In this document: piece after piece, positions 13,381-24,209 of the stretch
How positions within the stretch are numbered: position 1 is the stretch's first letter
How the letters are laid out: each line of letters opens with the position of its first letter
DNA from: Methanocaldococcus sp. 28A
Lineage (GTDB): Archaea; AGJL01; Methanococci; Methanococcales; Methanocaldococcaceae
Length of the DNA: 64,000 bases
Assembly (NCBI GenBank): GCA_049852185.1
Contig: CP187540.1
Strand: one strand, 5' to 3'
Translations under genes and position numbers: made by a program
Notes under the pieces: model-generated
Told to the model about the DNA's origin: nothing
Database searches by the model: none
What the model saw: only the letters and a program-made list of their open reading frames with translations

Positions 13381-13543
13381 ATTTTTCCCTTTTAAACTTT
13401 TAAAAGACTAATCAGTGACTCAAATTCTAATTAATAAGTATCATTTTAAATTACTTTGAAGCATATAGTTTCATATATTAGAAAATATTATGCAATAATA
13501 TTTAATTAATATTTTATATTATATTTTACTGCAAAAGTTCTAT

Positions 13544-13756
13544 TTAAGATACAGTGCTTAGTGTGTTCTCAGCTACTTTAGAACTTTGATTTATAACCAC
13601 TATATTAGCTTTTTTCGTTTCAATTGCTGTTGATATTAAATAATATCCAACTATCAATGCCGAAAGTATAACTACCATAACAAGCATAGAAAACTCGAGA
13701 GATATTTGTCCTTCATTAGATTTTATAAATTTTTTTATAAATTTCATTGCTATCAC
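13544..13756 (-). CDS. Class III signal peptide pilin-like protein
   Basis: G/QISLE cleavage motif followed by hydrophobic helix. Confidence 0.8.
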   Translation of the reverse strand: MIAMKFIKKFIKSNEGQISLEFSMLVMVVILSALIVGYYLISTAIETKKANIVVINQSSKVAENTLSTVS

Positions 13757-13839
13757 ATAAATAGCGTTTTTTGTTAATAATTTATTATTAATTTATTATT
13801 GTTGGTAATGTTATTTATAATTTCATATGGTGGTTTATA

Positions 13840-16260
13840 ATGCTTATCATTAGGAAACCAAAAAAGAAGAAGGATGAGATTGAAATAGTTAAGGTTGAAG
13901 GAAAAATAGAAGATGGTATAGAGATTAAGAATAACCAAAAAATATTTGCCAACTATAAAAAAGTTGGTGATAAATACAAGCTATATAGGTGTAGAGTTGG
14001 GGATAAGTTAATTCAGCCATCTAAGGTTTTAGATATATTAAAATCTGATAAAATATTCATATTAAAGGAAAATGAAGATGTAGAAGATGTTTTAAAATCC
14101 TACAATTTAAAGTTTAATTACATAGAACTTTGTCCATTTTGCTTATTAAAAAATATTTACAAAAGATTAACAAGAAATAATAGATGTAGGTATGGAAATT
14201 TAGAAATCTGTATAAGTTGTGGGGTTAATGAAATTAAAGAAGAAGTTAAAATTAATGAAGAATTTATAGAAAAATTTTTAAAAAGATTTAAAGATGTTGA
14301 TAAAGTTCTATCTTTGTTAAGAATAAGAAATCCATTAGATAAACCAGAATTAACAAGATATGATATTATAACTGGTAGTGAAGAGGATAAAATTGAAAAT
14401 TATAAAATAGACGAGCTAAATATTCCAAAAGAGCTTAAAGAGATAATAAAAAGTAGAAATATTTATGAGCTTTTGCCAGTTCAAACATTGGCTGTTAAAG
14501 CGGGTCTATTAAAAGGGGAGGATTTATTAATTGTCTCAGCTACTTCTTCAGGAAAAACTTTAATTGGTGAATTAGCAGGAATTAAAAATTTAATTGAAGG
14601 AAAAGGAAAATTTCTATTTTTAGTTCCTTTAGTGGCTTTAGCTAATCAAAAATACTTAGAATTTAAAGAAAGATATGAAAAATTAGGGTTAAAAGTTAGT
14701 TTAAGGGTAGGGTTAGGAAGGATTGGAAAGAAATGTGATGTTGATACATCATTAGATGCCGATATTATAGTTGGGACTTATGAAGGAATTGATTATTTAA
14801 TTAGGACTAAAAGATTAAAGGATATTGGAACAGTAGTTATTGATGAAATCCACTCTTTAAATTTAGAGGAAAGAGGGGCGAGATTGGATGGTTTAATTGG
14901 TAGGTTGAGATTTTTATTTAAAGATGCCCAAAAAATATATTTATCAGCAACAATTGGAAATCCAAAGGAGTTGGCTAAGCAATTAAATGCCAAATTAGTT
15001 TTATACAATGGAAGACCTGTTCCATTAGAACGACATCTAATATTTTGTAAAAATGACTTTGTTAAGCTAAATATTATCAAAGAAATTGTTAAAAGAGAGT
15101 GGCAGAGCATTTCAAAATTTGGATATAGGGGGCAGTGCTTAATTTTCACTTACTCAAGAAAGAGAGCAGAGCATTTAGCTAAAGCTTTGAAATCTAAGGG
15201 GATAAAAGCAGAATTTTATCATGGAGGTATGGAATATATAAGGAGGAGGAAAGTTGAAGATGATTTTGCAAATCAAAAAATTCAGTGTGTTGTTACAACT
15301 TCAGCGTTATCTGCAGGGGTTGATTTTCCAGCATCTACTGTTATTTTAGAAAGCTTAGCTATGGGAGCGGATTGGCTAACTCCTGCTGAATTCCAGCAAA
15401 TGTGTGGAAGGGCTGGAAGAAAGGGAATGCATGAAATTGGAAAAGTTTATCTTTTGGTAGAAATAGGAAAGAAGTATCATGCAAAGATGGAAAATACTGA
15501 GGATGAAATTGCTTTTAAATTATTGAATGCAGTTCCTGAAGATGTTAAGGTTGAATATAGTGAAGATGAAGAAGAAGAGCAGATATTGGCAACAATTTCA
15601 GCAGGAATAACTAATAGATATGATATTGATAGAGTGCCATATATTGGAAGGGCATTTTCTTTAAACAAAATTTTAGGGAATTTGGAGAGTTATGGGATGA
15701 TAAAAGTTAATAATGATGTGAAATTAACAAATTATGGAAAGGCTGTTGCAATCTCATTCTTATATCCAAAGATTGCTGAAAAAATTAGAGAAGGAATTGC
15801 AGAAAATAAACACATCATTAAATTAATCACAGAGATTATGCCATTTGAAAACGTTTATCTTTCAAATAATCTAAAGATGAAACTTTCAAAAATTTTGAAT
15901 ATTAATGTCCCTTCAAGGTTCTTTGATGCATTGGAAGTTATTAGGGAGGGGATGGAAAAAATTAGAGATAAAAAGTTAAAAGATGAATTAACAATAATTA
16001 TTATGGAATTTGAGGGTGTTGAAGTTGAGGAGAAGATTTTAGAGATGATTATTAATCTAAGAATCTCAGGAAAAACTCCTGGGCAAATTTCAAAAACATT
16101 ATATGAAGAGTTTAAAATTCAAACTTACACTGGAGATATCTACTATTACTTAGAACAGTTATTAAACCTTTTAGATGCTATAGAAAGAATTGCGAGAATA
16201 TTTAATAAGAAATATGCTGAAAAAGTTAATGAACTAAAAGAAAAAATAGAAAATCCTTAA
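13840..16260 (+). CDS. Ski2-like SF2 helicase (archaea-specific ASH-Ski2 type)
   Basis: ATSSGKT, DEIH, SAT, QMCGRAGR; N-terminal Cys motifs. Confidence 0.85.
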   Translation: MLIIRKPKKKKDEIEIVKVEGKIEDGIEIKNNQKIFANYKKVGDKYKLYRCRVGDKLIQPSKVLDILKSDKIFILKENEDVEDVLKSYNLKFNYIELCPFCLLKNIYKRLTRNNRCRYGNLEICISCGVNEIKEEVKINEEFIEKFLKRFKDVDKVLSLLRIRNPLDKPELTRYDIITGSEEDKIENYKIDELNIPKELKEIIKSRNIYELLPVQTLAVKAGLLKGEDLLIVSATSSGKTLIGELAGIKNLIEGKGKFLFLVPLVALANQKYLEFKERYEKLGLKVSLRVGLGRIGKKCDVDTSLDADIIVGTYEGIDYLIRTKRLKDIGTVVIDEIHSLNLEERGARLDGLIGRLRFLFKDAQKIYLSATIGNPKELAKQLNAKLVLYNGRPVPLERHLIFCKNDFVKLNIIKEIVKREWQSISKFGYRGQCLIFTYSRKRAEHLAKALKSKGIKAEFYHGGMEYIRRRKVEDDFANQKIQCVVTTSALSAGVDFPASTVILESLAMGADWLTPAEFQQMCGRAGRKGMHEIGKVYLLVEIGKKYHAKMENTEDEIAFKLLNAVPEDVKVEYSEDEEEEQILATISAGITNRYDIDRVPYIGRAFSLNKILGNLESYGMIKVNNDVKLTNYGKAVAISFLYPKIAEKIREGIAENKHIIKLITEIMPFENVYLSNNLKMKLSKILNINVPSRFFDALEVIREGMEKIRDKKLKDELTIIIMEFEGVEVEEKILEMIINLRISGKTPGQISKTLYEEFKIQTYTGDIYYYLEQLLNLLDAIERIARIFNKKYAEKVNELKEKIENP

Positions 16261-16298
16261 TAAATTTAATTAAACAAATGAAGAATTCTTGTGAAACC

Positions 16299-17324
16299 AT
16301 GGAGACGTCAAAAAAGGTAGTAATTGTTATACTTCTTACTATTACATTAATTTTAACTTATGCCTACTTAATAAGTAGAATTGAAGGAGTTGATTACTTC
16401 ACTGCATTATATTTTAGTGTTGTTACAATAACAACAACGGGTTATGGAGATTTTACTCCAAAAACATTTATAGGGAGGGTATTAACTATAATTTATTTAT
16501 GTATAGGTGTAGGAATAGTGATGTATCTTTTTAGCTTAATAGCGGAGTTTATTATTGAAGGTAAATTTGAGGAAATTATGAGGTTGAAAAGAATGAAACA
16601 CAAAATTAAAACTCTAAAAGACCATTATATTATTTGTGGTTATGGAAAATTAGGGAAAGTTGTGGGGGAGAAATTTATTCAAGAAGGAGTTCCGTTTATA
16701 GCTATAGATATTAATGAAGATATTTTAAAGGAAGAGTATGAAAAATATCCAGATAAGTTTTTATACATAGTGGGGGATGCCAAAAAAGATGAAGTACTGA
16801 AAAAAGCAAAAATTGATAAGGCAAGGGGATTAATTGCCACTTTACCAAGTGATGCTGATAATGTGTTTGTTACATTAACTGCAAGAGGCTTAAATCCAAA
16901 TATTTTAATTACTGCTAAAGCGGATGAGAAAGAAGCTATAAGAAAATTAAAAATAGCAGGGGCTAATAGAGTAGTTTCTCCTTATTTAATTGGAGGATTA
17001 AGAATGGCTGAAGTTTCTGTCAGACCAGGGGTTTTAGATTTTCTAAGTACATTTATTAAAGTAGCTAAGGATGAATATGAGGAGGATATTGAGTTAAAAA
17101 AATTTGTTATTGAAAAAGATTCTGAATTGGCATATAATAGCTTAAAACAGGCAAATATTAGAGGAAAAACAGGAGCTACTATTTTGGGAATAAAGAGAGG
17201 AAATGAATTTTATATAAACCCTTGTCCAGAATTTATTATAAAACCTGGTGATATAATATATGCGTTTGGAACTGAAGAGAACTTAAAATATTTAGAAAAT
17301 CTTGTAAAAAAGAAGAAAAAATAA
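16299..17324 (+). CDS. Potassium channel with RCK (TrkA-N/C) domain, MthK/MjK type
   Basis: TTTGYGD selectivity filter, GYGKLG Rossmann motif; start likely ATG 16299. Confidence 0.92.
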   Translation: METSKKVVIVILLTITLILTYAYLISRIEGVDYFTALYFSVVTITTTGYGDFTPKTFIGRVLTIIYLCIGVGIVMYLFSLIAEFIIEGKFEEIMRLKRMKHKIKTLKDHYIICGYGKLGKVVGEKFIQEGVPFIAIDINEDILKEEYEKYPDKFLYIVGDAKKDEVLKKAKIDKARGLIATLPSDADNVFVTLTARGLNPNILITAKADEKEAIRKLKIAGANRVVSPYLIGGLRMAEVSVRPGVLDFLSTFIKVAKDEYEEDIELKKFVIEKDSELAYNSLKQANIRGKTGATILGIKRGNEFYINPCPEFIIKPGDIIYAFGTEENLKYLENLVKKKKK

Positions 17325-17333
17325 ATAATATTA

Positions 17334-19022
17334 TTAAAGTTTCATATATGCCTCTACCAATTTGACTCCTGCATCTGTCAGTCCTTTTTTACCAATTAAA
17401 CCAACATTTCTCAATATAACCAAATTCTTTTTAATCTCTTCATTTGTTAATGATAGATATTTGGCTAATAATTCAATTTCATCCTCTTTTTTCTCCTTCC
17501 AAACCTTATCAAACTCTTCTTTGTGCTCATAAATTGTTTTTAATATATTGAATGTTGTTGAGGTTACTGCAAACTTTGTAGCCAACAACTCTTGAATTTT
17601 TGCCATCTCTATAGCATCTTTTATATCTTCTCCTAACTCTGTTAATTTAATCATTTTATTTTGTAACTCTTTAATAAATCCTTTTGATTCTGCCTCATTT
17701 AAAGCTTTAATAATTTCTTTCTCATCTCCACCAACATGCTCTTGGATTAATTTAACTAACTCATCTCTGTGAATGTATCTCTTCCTTGGAATCTTAATGA
17801 GAGTTGAGATATCATATTTTGTTAGGTATGGCTTTCTTTTAATTGTTTTTGATAATTTTATTAAGTATTTACCTTTTTCTGTTATTCCTCTATTTACTGT
17901 TCCTTCTTCTTTACCTTTAATTACCCATTCAGCAATTGGAACGTCCCCACTTTCTGGATATGTTATAGCTTTCATTCCATCTGTTGATACTTCTCCAAGC
18001 TCTTTAACTTTTTCTCCAAACTCTGTCATCCAATAGGTATCTTTATTTTTAATAACTTCTCTCTTTATCAATTCTTTTGATTCAAGAGTATGCAATATAG
18101 CTCCTAAATCATCAATATTTGTTCTCTTTTTAATCTCATTGTATGTTGGAAGAATCTCTGGATTAGTTTCATACTTTTCTTTAATTTCCTCAATAGCCTT
18201 CAAAACTTTAATTTCATCATCTAAGATATAGATAGGAAGAGTTTTCTCTTCAACTTTACCTATCTCCTTATATGTGTCCATCATAGCTTGCCCTAATTCA
18301 GTAACTTTTCCTTCATCATAGAAACCGCTTTCTGTCATCTCTTCAGTAGTTTCTCCTCTCTCTAAAATCTTAAAGTCTTCATTTCTCAATATCAATGCTC
18401 TACTTAGATTTGGAACTAATGATACTACTTTTAAAGCATAATTTAACGCTTTAGTTGTAGTAAATGCCTTACCTACTGTTTTTGGTGAGATTAAAAGTAA
18501 TCTCATAGCTTGAAGAGCATTAATTATATTGTCTCCATATTCTTTACTATTTTTATATGCTATTAGCTCATCATAAACCCCTATCTTTGGCATATCTTTT
18601 ATAAATGCCAATATCTCAGGAGTTAGATAAACTACTGGATGAGTCTCCTTATATATTTTCAAAATCTCTTTTCCAATATCTGTTAATCCATTCTCGTCTG
18701 CTAAGAATCTCTCTTTTAACATTACCATCCATTCATCTGGGATATTTCCTGTTTTATCTAACAATTCCATAATTTTTATGATTTCAGTATCTACAAACAC
18801 ATCTGGAATTTTTTCTAAATCAATTTTATCAACAATTTCCATTAATCTTTTTCCAGCTTCAGTAAATAATATCTTGTTATCTTTTAATTCTGCAAATCCT
18901 AATATAAATAACTCTAAAGCTCTTGTTTTAAATTCTTCTGGAAGAGATTTTTCTATTTCATTTTGCAGTTCAGTCTCTTTCATCTTTTTTAATATTTCTA
19001 AGTGTCTCTTTTTTAGGAACAA
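17334..19022 (-). CDS. DUF505 family protein (repeated winged-helix)
   Basis: 562 aa with repeated LTxxG motifs. Confidence 0.7.
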   Translation of the reverse strand: MFLKKRHLEILKKMKETELQNEIEKSLPEEFKTRALELFILGFAELKDNKILFTEAGKRLMEIVDKIDLEKIPDVFVDTEIIKIMELLDKTGNIPDEWMVMLKERFLADENGLTDIGKEILKIYKETHPVVYLTPEILAFIKDMPKIGVYDELIAYKNSKEYGDNIINALQAMRLLLISPKTVGKAFTTTKALNYALKVVSLVPNLSRALILRNEDFKILERGETTEEMTESGFYDEGKVTELGQAMMDTYKEIGKVEEKTLPIYILDDEIKVLKAIEEIKEKYETNPEILPTYNEIKKRTNIDDLGAILHTLESKELIKREVIKNKDTYWMTEFGEKVKELGEVSTDGMKAITYPESGDVPIAEWVIKGKEEGTVNRGITEKGKYLIKLSKTIKRKPYLTKYDISTLIKIPRKRYIHRDELVKLIQEHVGGDEKEIIKALNEAESKGFIKELQNKMIKLTELGEDIKDAIEMAKIQELLATKFAVTSTTFNILKTIYEHKEEFDKVWKEKKEDEIELLAKYLSLTNEEIKKNLVILRNVGLIGKKGLTDAGVKLVEAYMKL

Positions 19023-19195
19023 TATTTCACCTCTACAATTCTTATATTTTTAAATTATGTTCATTTTTTATTACTTAAAGTTCTTAATTTTTTATGTTAT
19101 TTTTTATGTTTATGAAGTTCTATAAAAACTTATCTATAATTAATTAATTTAAATAATAAAAAATTTGCAAAATTTATAAAAATAAAAAATAAAAA

Positions 19196-19307
19196 TATAG
19201 TTGTGTGCAAAATAAAATAAACTTTTATAATGGCAATTTGAATGCCTTCCTTATGGAGTATTCATTATTACCTTATTTTATTTAAGATAGTTTTACACAC
19301 AACTATA
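19196..19307. mobile_element. MITE-like family A element, full copy (~110 bp)
   Basis: TIRs TATAGTTGTGTGCAAAA ... TTTTACACACAACTATA; internal AATGCCTTCC/GGAGTATT hairpin. Confidence 0.8.
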
Positions 19308-19431
19308 AAAGTTGCTAAAATCTGAAAAGGACATAACTGTTGAAGGATGCTAATAATCAATTTTAAATTAAAATTTAAAAATTTTAGTTAAAAATGGCTC
19401 TATTTTATTGAATTATTTATGTCATAGCACC

Positions 19432-19466
19432 CGCCACCCTGCGAACCTTTTTAGGAGCAGGTGGCG
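19432..19466 (+). promoter_or_regulatory. Archaeal SECIS element in the 5' UTR of fdhA
   Basis: CGCCACCCTGC-GAA-CCT-TTTT-AGG-A-GCAGGTGGCG: GC stem, GAA/A internal loop, 3-bp upper stem. Confidence 0.85.
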
Positions 19467-19507
19467 AAAAAAGACCCGAAGCATGCACTAAAATATAAGG
19501 TGAAACC

Positions 19508-21538
19508 ATGAAATTTAAGATTGTAAATACTATATGCCCTTATTGTGGTGTTGGTTGTGGTTTAGGTTTAATAGTTAAAAATAATAGAGTTGTTGGCGTT
19601 CATCCTAACAAAAGGCATCCAATAAACGAAGGAAAGTTGTGTGCTAAAGGAAATTATTGTTATCAATTTATACATAGCAAGGATAGATTAACAAAGCCAT
19701 TGATAAAAAAAGAAAGTGGTTTTTCTGAAATATCTTGGAATAAAGCACTAAACATAATAGCTGAATATTTAAAGGATTATAGAGATGAAATTGGCTTTTT
19801 CTCATCTGCAAGATGCACAAATGAAGACAACTACATTTTACAAAAATTTGCAAGAGTTGTTTTAAAGACAAACAATATTGACCATTGTGCAAGGCTTTGA
19901 CACTCAGCAACTGTTACTGGAATGAGTGCATGCTTTGGGTCTGGTGCTATGACAAACACTATAGGAGATATAGAAAAAGCAGATTGCATTTTGATAATTG
20001 GCTCTAATACCTTTGAACAACATCCATTAATTGCAAGAAGAATAATGATAGCTAAAGATAAAGGGGCGAATATTATTGTTATTGACCCAAGAAAAACAAT
20101 GACTGCAAAAAACTCTGATATATATCTTCAAATAATTCCTGGGACAAATGTGGCTTTAATAAATGCCATGATTCATGTAATTATAAAAGAAGGATTGATA
20201 GATGAAGAATTTATAAAAAATAGAACTGAAAACTTTGAGAAATTAAAAGAGGTCGTTGAAAAATATAATCCAGACTATGCCTCAAAAATATGCGGAGTTG
20301 ATAAAGAGCTAATAATTGAGAGTGCCAAAATTTATGGAAATGCTGAGAAGGCATCTATAATATACTGTATGGGAGTTACTCAATTTACACATGGTGTTGA
20401 TGCTGTTAAAGCATTATGCAATTTAGCTATGATAACAGGAAATATTGGTAAAGAAGGAGCTGGAGTTAATCCATTAAGAGGACAGAATAACGTCCAAGGA
20501 GCTTGTGATATGGGAGCTTTGCCAAATGTATTTCCCGGCTATCAGAAAGTTGAAGATAGCTATAAATTATTTGAAGAGTCTTGGAGAACTGATTTAAATC
20601 CAAATCCTGGTTTAACTATACCAGAAATGATTGAAAAGGCTGGAAGAGAAATTAAATCTTTATATATTGTTGGAGAGAATCCTATGGTCTCAGACCCAGA
20701 TGTTAAGCATGTTGAAAAGGCATTAAAAAGATTAGATTTTTTAGTAGTTCAGGATATATTCTTAACTGAAACTGCAGAATTGGCAGATGTGGTGTTGCCA
20801 GCTGCATGTTGGGCAGAGAAAGATGGGACATTTACAAATACTGATAGAAGAGTTCAATTAATAAGAAAAGCTATAAATCCACCAGGAAAAGCTTTAGAAG
20901 ATTGGATAATAATTAAAAAATTGGCTGAAAAACTTGATTATAAAGATAAATTTAACTATAGTAGGGCTGAAGACATATTCAATGAGATTAGAATAACTGT
21001 CCCACAATATAGAGGAATAACTTATAAGAGATTAAAAGCTGGAGGAATTCACTGGCCTTGTTTGGATGAAAATGATGTAGGAACAAAAATTTTATATAAA
21101 GATAGATTTTTAACAGATAATGGTAGAGGAAAAATATTCCCTGTTGAGTATAGAGAAATAGCTGAATTACCTGATAAAGATTATCCATTCATCTTAACCA
21201 CAGGTAGGATTATTTTTCATTACCATACAGGAACAATGACAAGAAGAAGTAGAAATTTAGTTGAAGAGATTAATGAGCCATTTATTGAAATAAATCCAGA
21301 GGATGCTAAGTCACTAAACATTAAAGATGGAGATTTAATAAAGGTTAGTTCAAGAAGAGGAAAGTTAATTGTAAAAGCAAAAATTACTAAAGACCTCAAA
21401 AAAGGAGTAGTATTTATGCCATTCCACTTTGTTGAAGCAAATCCTAATTTATTGACTAATACTTCATTAGATGAGCTATGTAAGATTCCAGAGCTTAAAG
21501 CATGTGCTGTAAAGATTGAAAAAATTAATTTATATTAA
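19508..21538 (+). CDS. fdhA: Formate dehydrogenase alpha subunit, selenocysteine-containing (UGA at 19898-19900)
   Basis: ORFs 19508-19900 and 19922-21538 are in frame across TGA: DHCARL-U-HSATVTG; CPYCGVGC Fe-S motif, LRGQNNVQG. Confidence 0.93.
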
Positions 21539-21599
21539 TTTATTAAAAATTTATATACTACTAATAGGAAATATATTTCCTATTAATATAGGTGAGAAA

Positions 21600-22361
21600 A
21601 TGGAAGAGATTGTTAAAAAAATAACGAATTTTATCAAAGAGAAGGTTGAGGAAGCAAAGGCTAATGGAGTTGTAGTTGGATTGAGTGGTGGTATTGATTC
21701 TTCAGTTACTGCCTATCTATGCGTTAAAGCCCTTGGAAAAGATAAGGTTCTTGGAATAATAATGCCAGAGAAAAACACTAATCCAAGAGATGTTGAACAT
21801 GCAAAGATGGTTGCTGAGCGTTTAGGAATAAGATATATTATCTCAGATATAACTGATATTTTAAAAGCATTTGGAGCTGGAGGTTATGTTCCAACAAAAG
21901 AATTTGATAAAATAGCTGATGGAAATTTAAAAGCAAGAATTAGAATGTGTATTCTCTACTACTTTGCAAACAAATACAATTTATTAGTTGCAGGAACTTC
22001 TAATAAATCAGAAATTTATGTTGGTTATGGTACAAAACATGGGGATATTGCTTGTGATATAAGACCAATAGGTAATTTGTTTAAAACAGAGGTTAGAGAG
22101 CTTGCTAAATATCTTGGTATTCCAAAAGAGATTATTGAAAAACCTCCATCAGCTGGGCTTTGGGAAGGGCAAACTGATGAGGGAGAGCTTGGCATAAAAT
22201 ATGAAACTTTAGATAAAATACTGAAATTGTATGAAGAAGGCAAATCTGCAGAAGAAATTTCTAAAGAGCTAAATATTTCAATAGAGTGTGTTAAATATGT
22301 ATTTGATTTAATTAAAAAGAGTGAGCATAAAAGAACTCTTCCTCCAACACCAGAGATTTAA
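21600..22361 (+). CDS. nadE: NH3-dependent NAD+ synthetase
   Basis: SGGIDS, GNLKARIRM, GTSNKSE, PPSAGLW; GGTGA RBS before ATG 21600. Confidence 0.93.
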   Translation: MEEIVKKITNFIKEKVEEAKANGVVVGLSGGIDSSVTAYLCVKALGKDKVLGIIMPEKNTNPRDVEHAKMVAERLGIRYIISDITDILKAFGAGGYVPTKEFDKIADGNLKARIRMCILYYFANKYNLLVAGTSNKSEIYVGYGTKHGDIACDIRPIGNLFKTEVRELAKYLGIPKEIIEKPPSAGLWEGQTDEGELGIKYETLDKILKLYEEGKSAEEISKELNISIECVKYVFDLIKKSEHKRTLPPTPEI

Positions 22362-22442
22362 TAAAATAAATAAAATTAAATAAAATTTTAATTAAATATT
22401 TTGACAGTAAATTTGAAATGTAAAATGAGAAAATATCATGAT

Positions 22443-22531
22443 TACCATTTATTGTTGCTAAGAAACTCTGCTTTAGGGCGGTGATGAATTCTGATAAAAT
22501 CTTGAAGCAAGGAGACAGGGTGGTGGGTTGG
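22443..22531 (+). repeat. Orphan IS200/IS605 left-end-like sequence, copy 1
   Basis: TTTATTGTTGCTAAGAAA..TTTAGGGCGGTGATGAATT matches IS end at 31404-31449 (minus strand) and 63101-63180. Confidence 0.7.
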
Positions 22532-22618
22532 TAATTTATATTTTTTTATATCTTTTTTATTACTTATAGATACGAAATATTTTTAGAGTACTACTACACA
22601 AATTTGGTGAGGGATAGG

Positions 22619-23485
22619 ATGATTTTATTGGATGAAGATACAAGAGCAATAGTTCAAGGAATTACTGGAAAACAGGGTAGTTTTCACACAAAGAAGATGT
22701 TAGAATGTGGGACAAAAATTGTTGGAGGCGTTACACCAGGAAAAGGTGGGCAGAAGGTTTATGGAGTGCCTGTTTTTGATACAGTTAAAGAGGCAGTTGA
22801 AGAAACAGATGCAAACGCATCAGTAATTTTTGTTCCAGCCCCATTTGCTAAGGATGCTGTTTTTGAGGCAATAGATGCAGGAATTGATTTAATTGTTGTT
22901 ATTACTGAACATATTCCAGTTCATGATACAATGGAATTTATAAACTATGCTGAAGATATAGGTGTTAAAATTATTGGTCCTAATACCCCAGGAATAGCCT
23001 CACCAAAAGTAGGTAAATTGGGAATTATACCAATGGACGTTTTAAAGGAAGGTAATATAGGAATAGTTTCAAGAAGTGGGACTTTAACTTATGAAATAGC
23101 TCACCAAATAAAAAATGCAGGATTTGGTGTCTCAACTTGTGTAGGAATTGGAGGAGACCCAATAACTGGAATTAGATACAAAGAAGTTTTAGATTTATTT
23201 GAAAAGGATGATGAGACTGAAGCTATTGTTATGATTGGAGAGATTGGAGGAGGAGCTGAAGAAGAGGCTGCTAAATTTATAGAAAAGATGAAAAAGCCAG
23301 TAATTGGTTATATTGCTGGTCAGTCAGCTCCAGAAGGAAAGAGAATGGGGCATGCTGGAGCTATAGTTGAAAAAGGAAAGGGTACTGCTGAAAGTAAGAT
23401 GAAAGCTTTAGAAGCGGCTGGGGCTTATGTGGCAAGAAATATATCTGATATTCCAAAGTTATTGGCAGAGATTTTAATAGAGTAA
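22619..23485 (+). CDS. sucD: Succinyl-CoA synthetase alpha subunit
   Basis: [28 protein letters not shown] phospho-His motif. Confidence 0.95.
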   Translation: MILLDEDTRAIVQGITGKQGSFHTKKMLECGTKIVGGVTPGKGGQKVYGVPVFDTVKEAVEETDANASVIFVPAPFAKDAVFEAIDAGIDLIVVITEHIPVHDTMEFINYAEDIGVKIIGPNTPGIASPKVGKLGIIPMDVLKEGNIGIVSRSGTLTYEIAHQIKNAGFGVSTCVGIGGDPITGIRYKEVLDLFEKDDETEAIVMIGEIGGGAEEEAAKFIEKMKKPVIGYIAGQSAPEGKRMGHAGAIVEKGKGTAESKMKALEAAGAYVARNISDIPKLLAEILIE

Positions 23486-23496
23486 TGAAGTTTTAT

Positions 23497-23557
23497 TATA
23501 GTTGTGTGCAAAACTATCTTAAATAATAAAAGTTTATTTTATTTGCACACAACTATA
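23497..23557. mobile_element. MITE-like family A element, internally deleted (61 bp)
   Basis: Both TIRs intact (TATAGTTGTGTGCAAA...TTTGCACACAACTATA), central hairpin missing. Confidence 0.78.
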
Positions 23558-24209
23558 AATAGGGCAATTGTTAAAATTTCTTAATTTTTTTAATTTTTTA
23601 AGGATATATTAACTGCTGCCATTGGCTTCAAAGTTTTCATTGCCCCATATATAACAGTATCTACGAATATGCATTAGACATGCACTACAGGATATTATAC
23701 ATAACCACATTTAAATAATCGAATTTATTTAATAAATTAGTAATATTGGCGATGAAGAATTTTAAAGAAATACATTCTTTTTTATTTTATTTTAATTCAA
23801 AAGTTATGAATAACGCATCTAAGCATAAAAAGTAACAACCTAACTTTTATAGAGGTTGATTTCGTTTTTATAACTGAATCTTTAAGCAATCTAAACCTTG
23901 TTTCTATGTTTCATCGTTTTTTATACATTTTTATATTTATATAAGATTCTTGATTTTCAAAGTTATAGTTCAATCCCCTTCTATTTTTTTAATAACTATT
24001 CGATATTATAAAATATTAACTTTTCTATTTATTTTATGATGTTCGGAGATACTGTTATTTAATTATATTTAATTAATCATACTATAATTTCATACTATAA
24101 TTTATTGTAATATTTGAACTTTTTTGTTCTTTGTCAGTTATATTTATATAGTATTTATATTAAAAATTATGAAAACTTTTTAAATAGGACTTTATTAATA
24201 GAGGTGAAT

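Noticed and set aside
19508-21538. fdhA apparently split into two ORFs (pseudogene)
   Set aside because: The single in-frame TGA sits at the Mo/W-ligand Sec position and a SECIS is present
21516-21599. N-terminal extensions of nadE (also FKBP from 24114 and cas7 from 52457)
   Set aside because: Better ATG starts with RBS lie downstream
22481-22494. GTGATGA-ATT-CTGA as a box C/D sRNA
   Set aside because: No room for guide regions and the motif is explained by the IS-end homology
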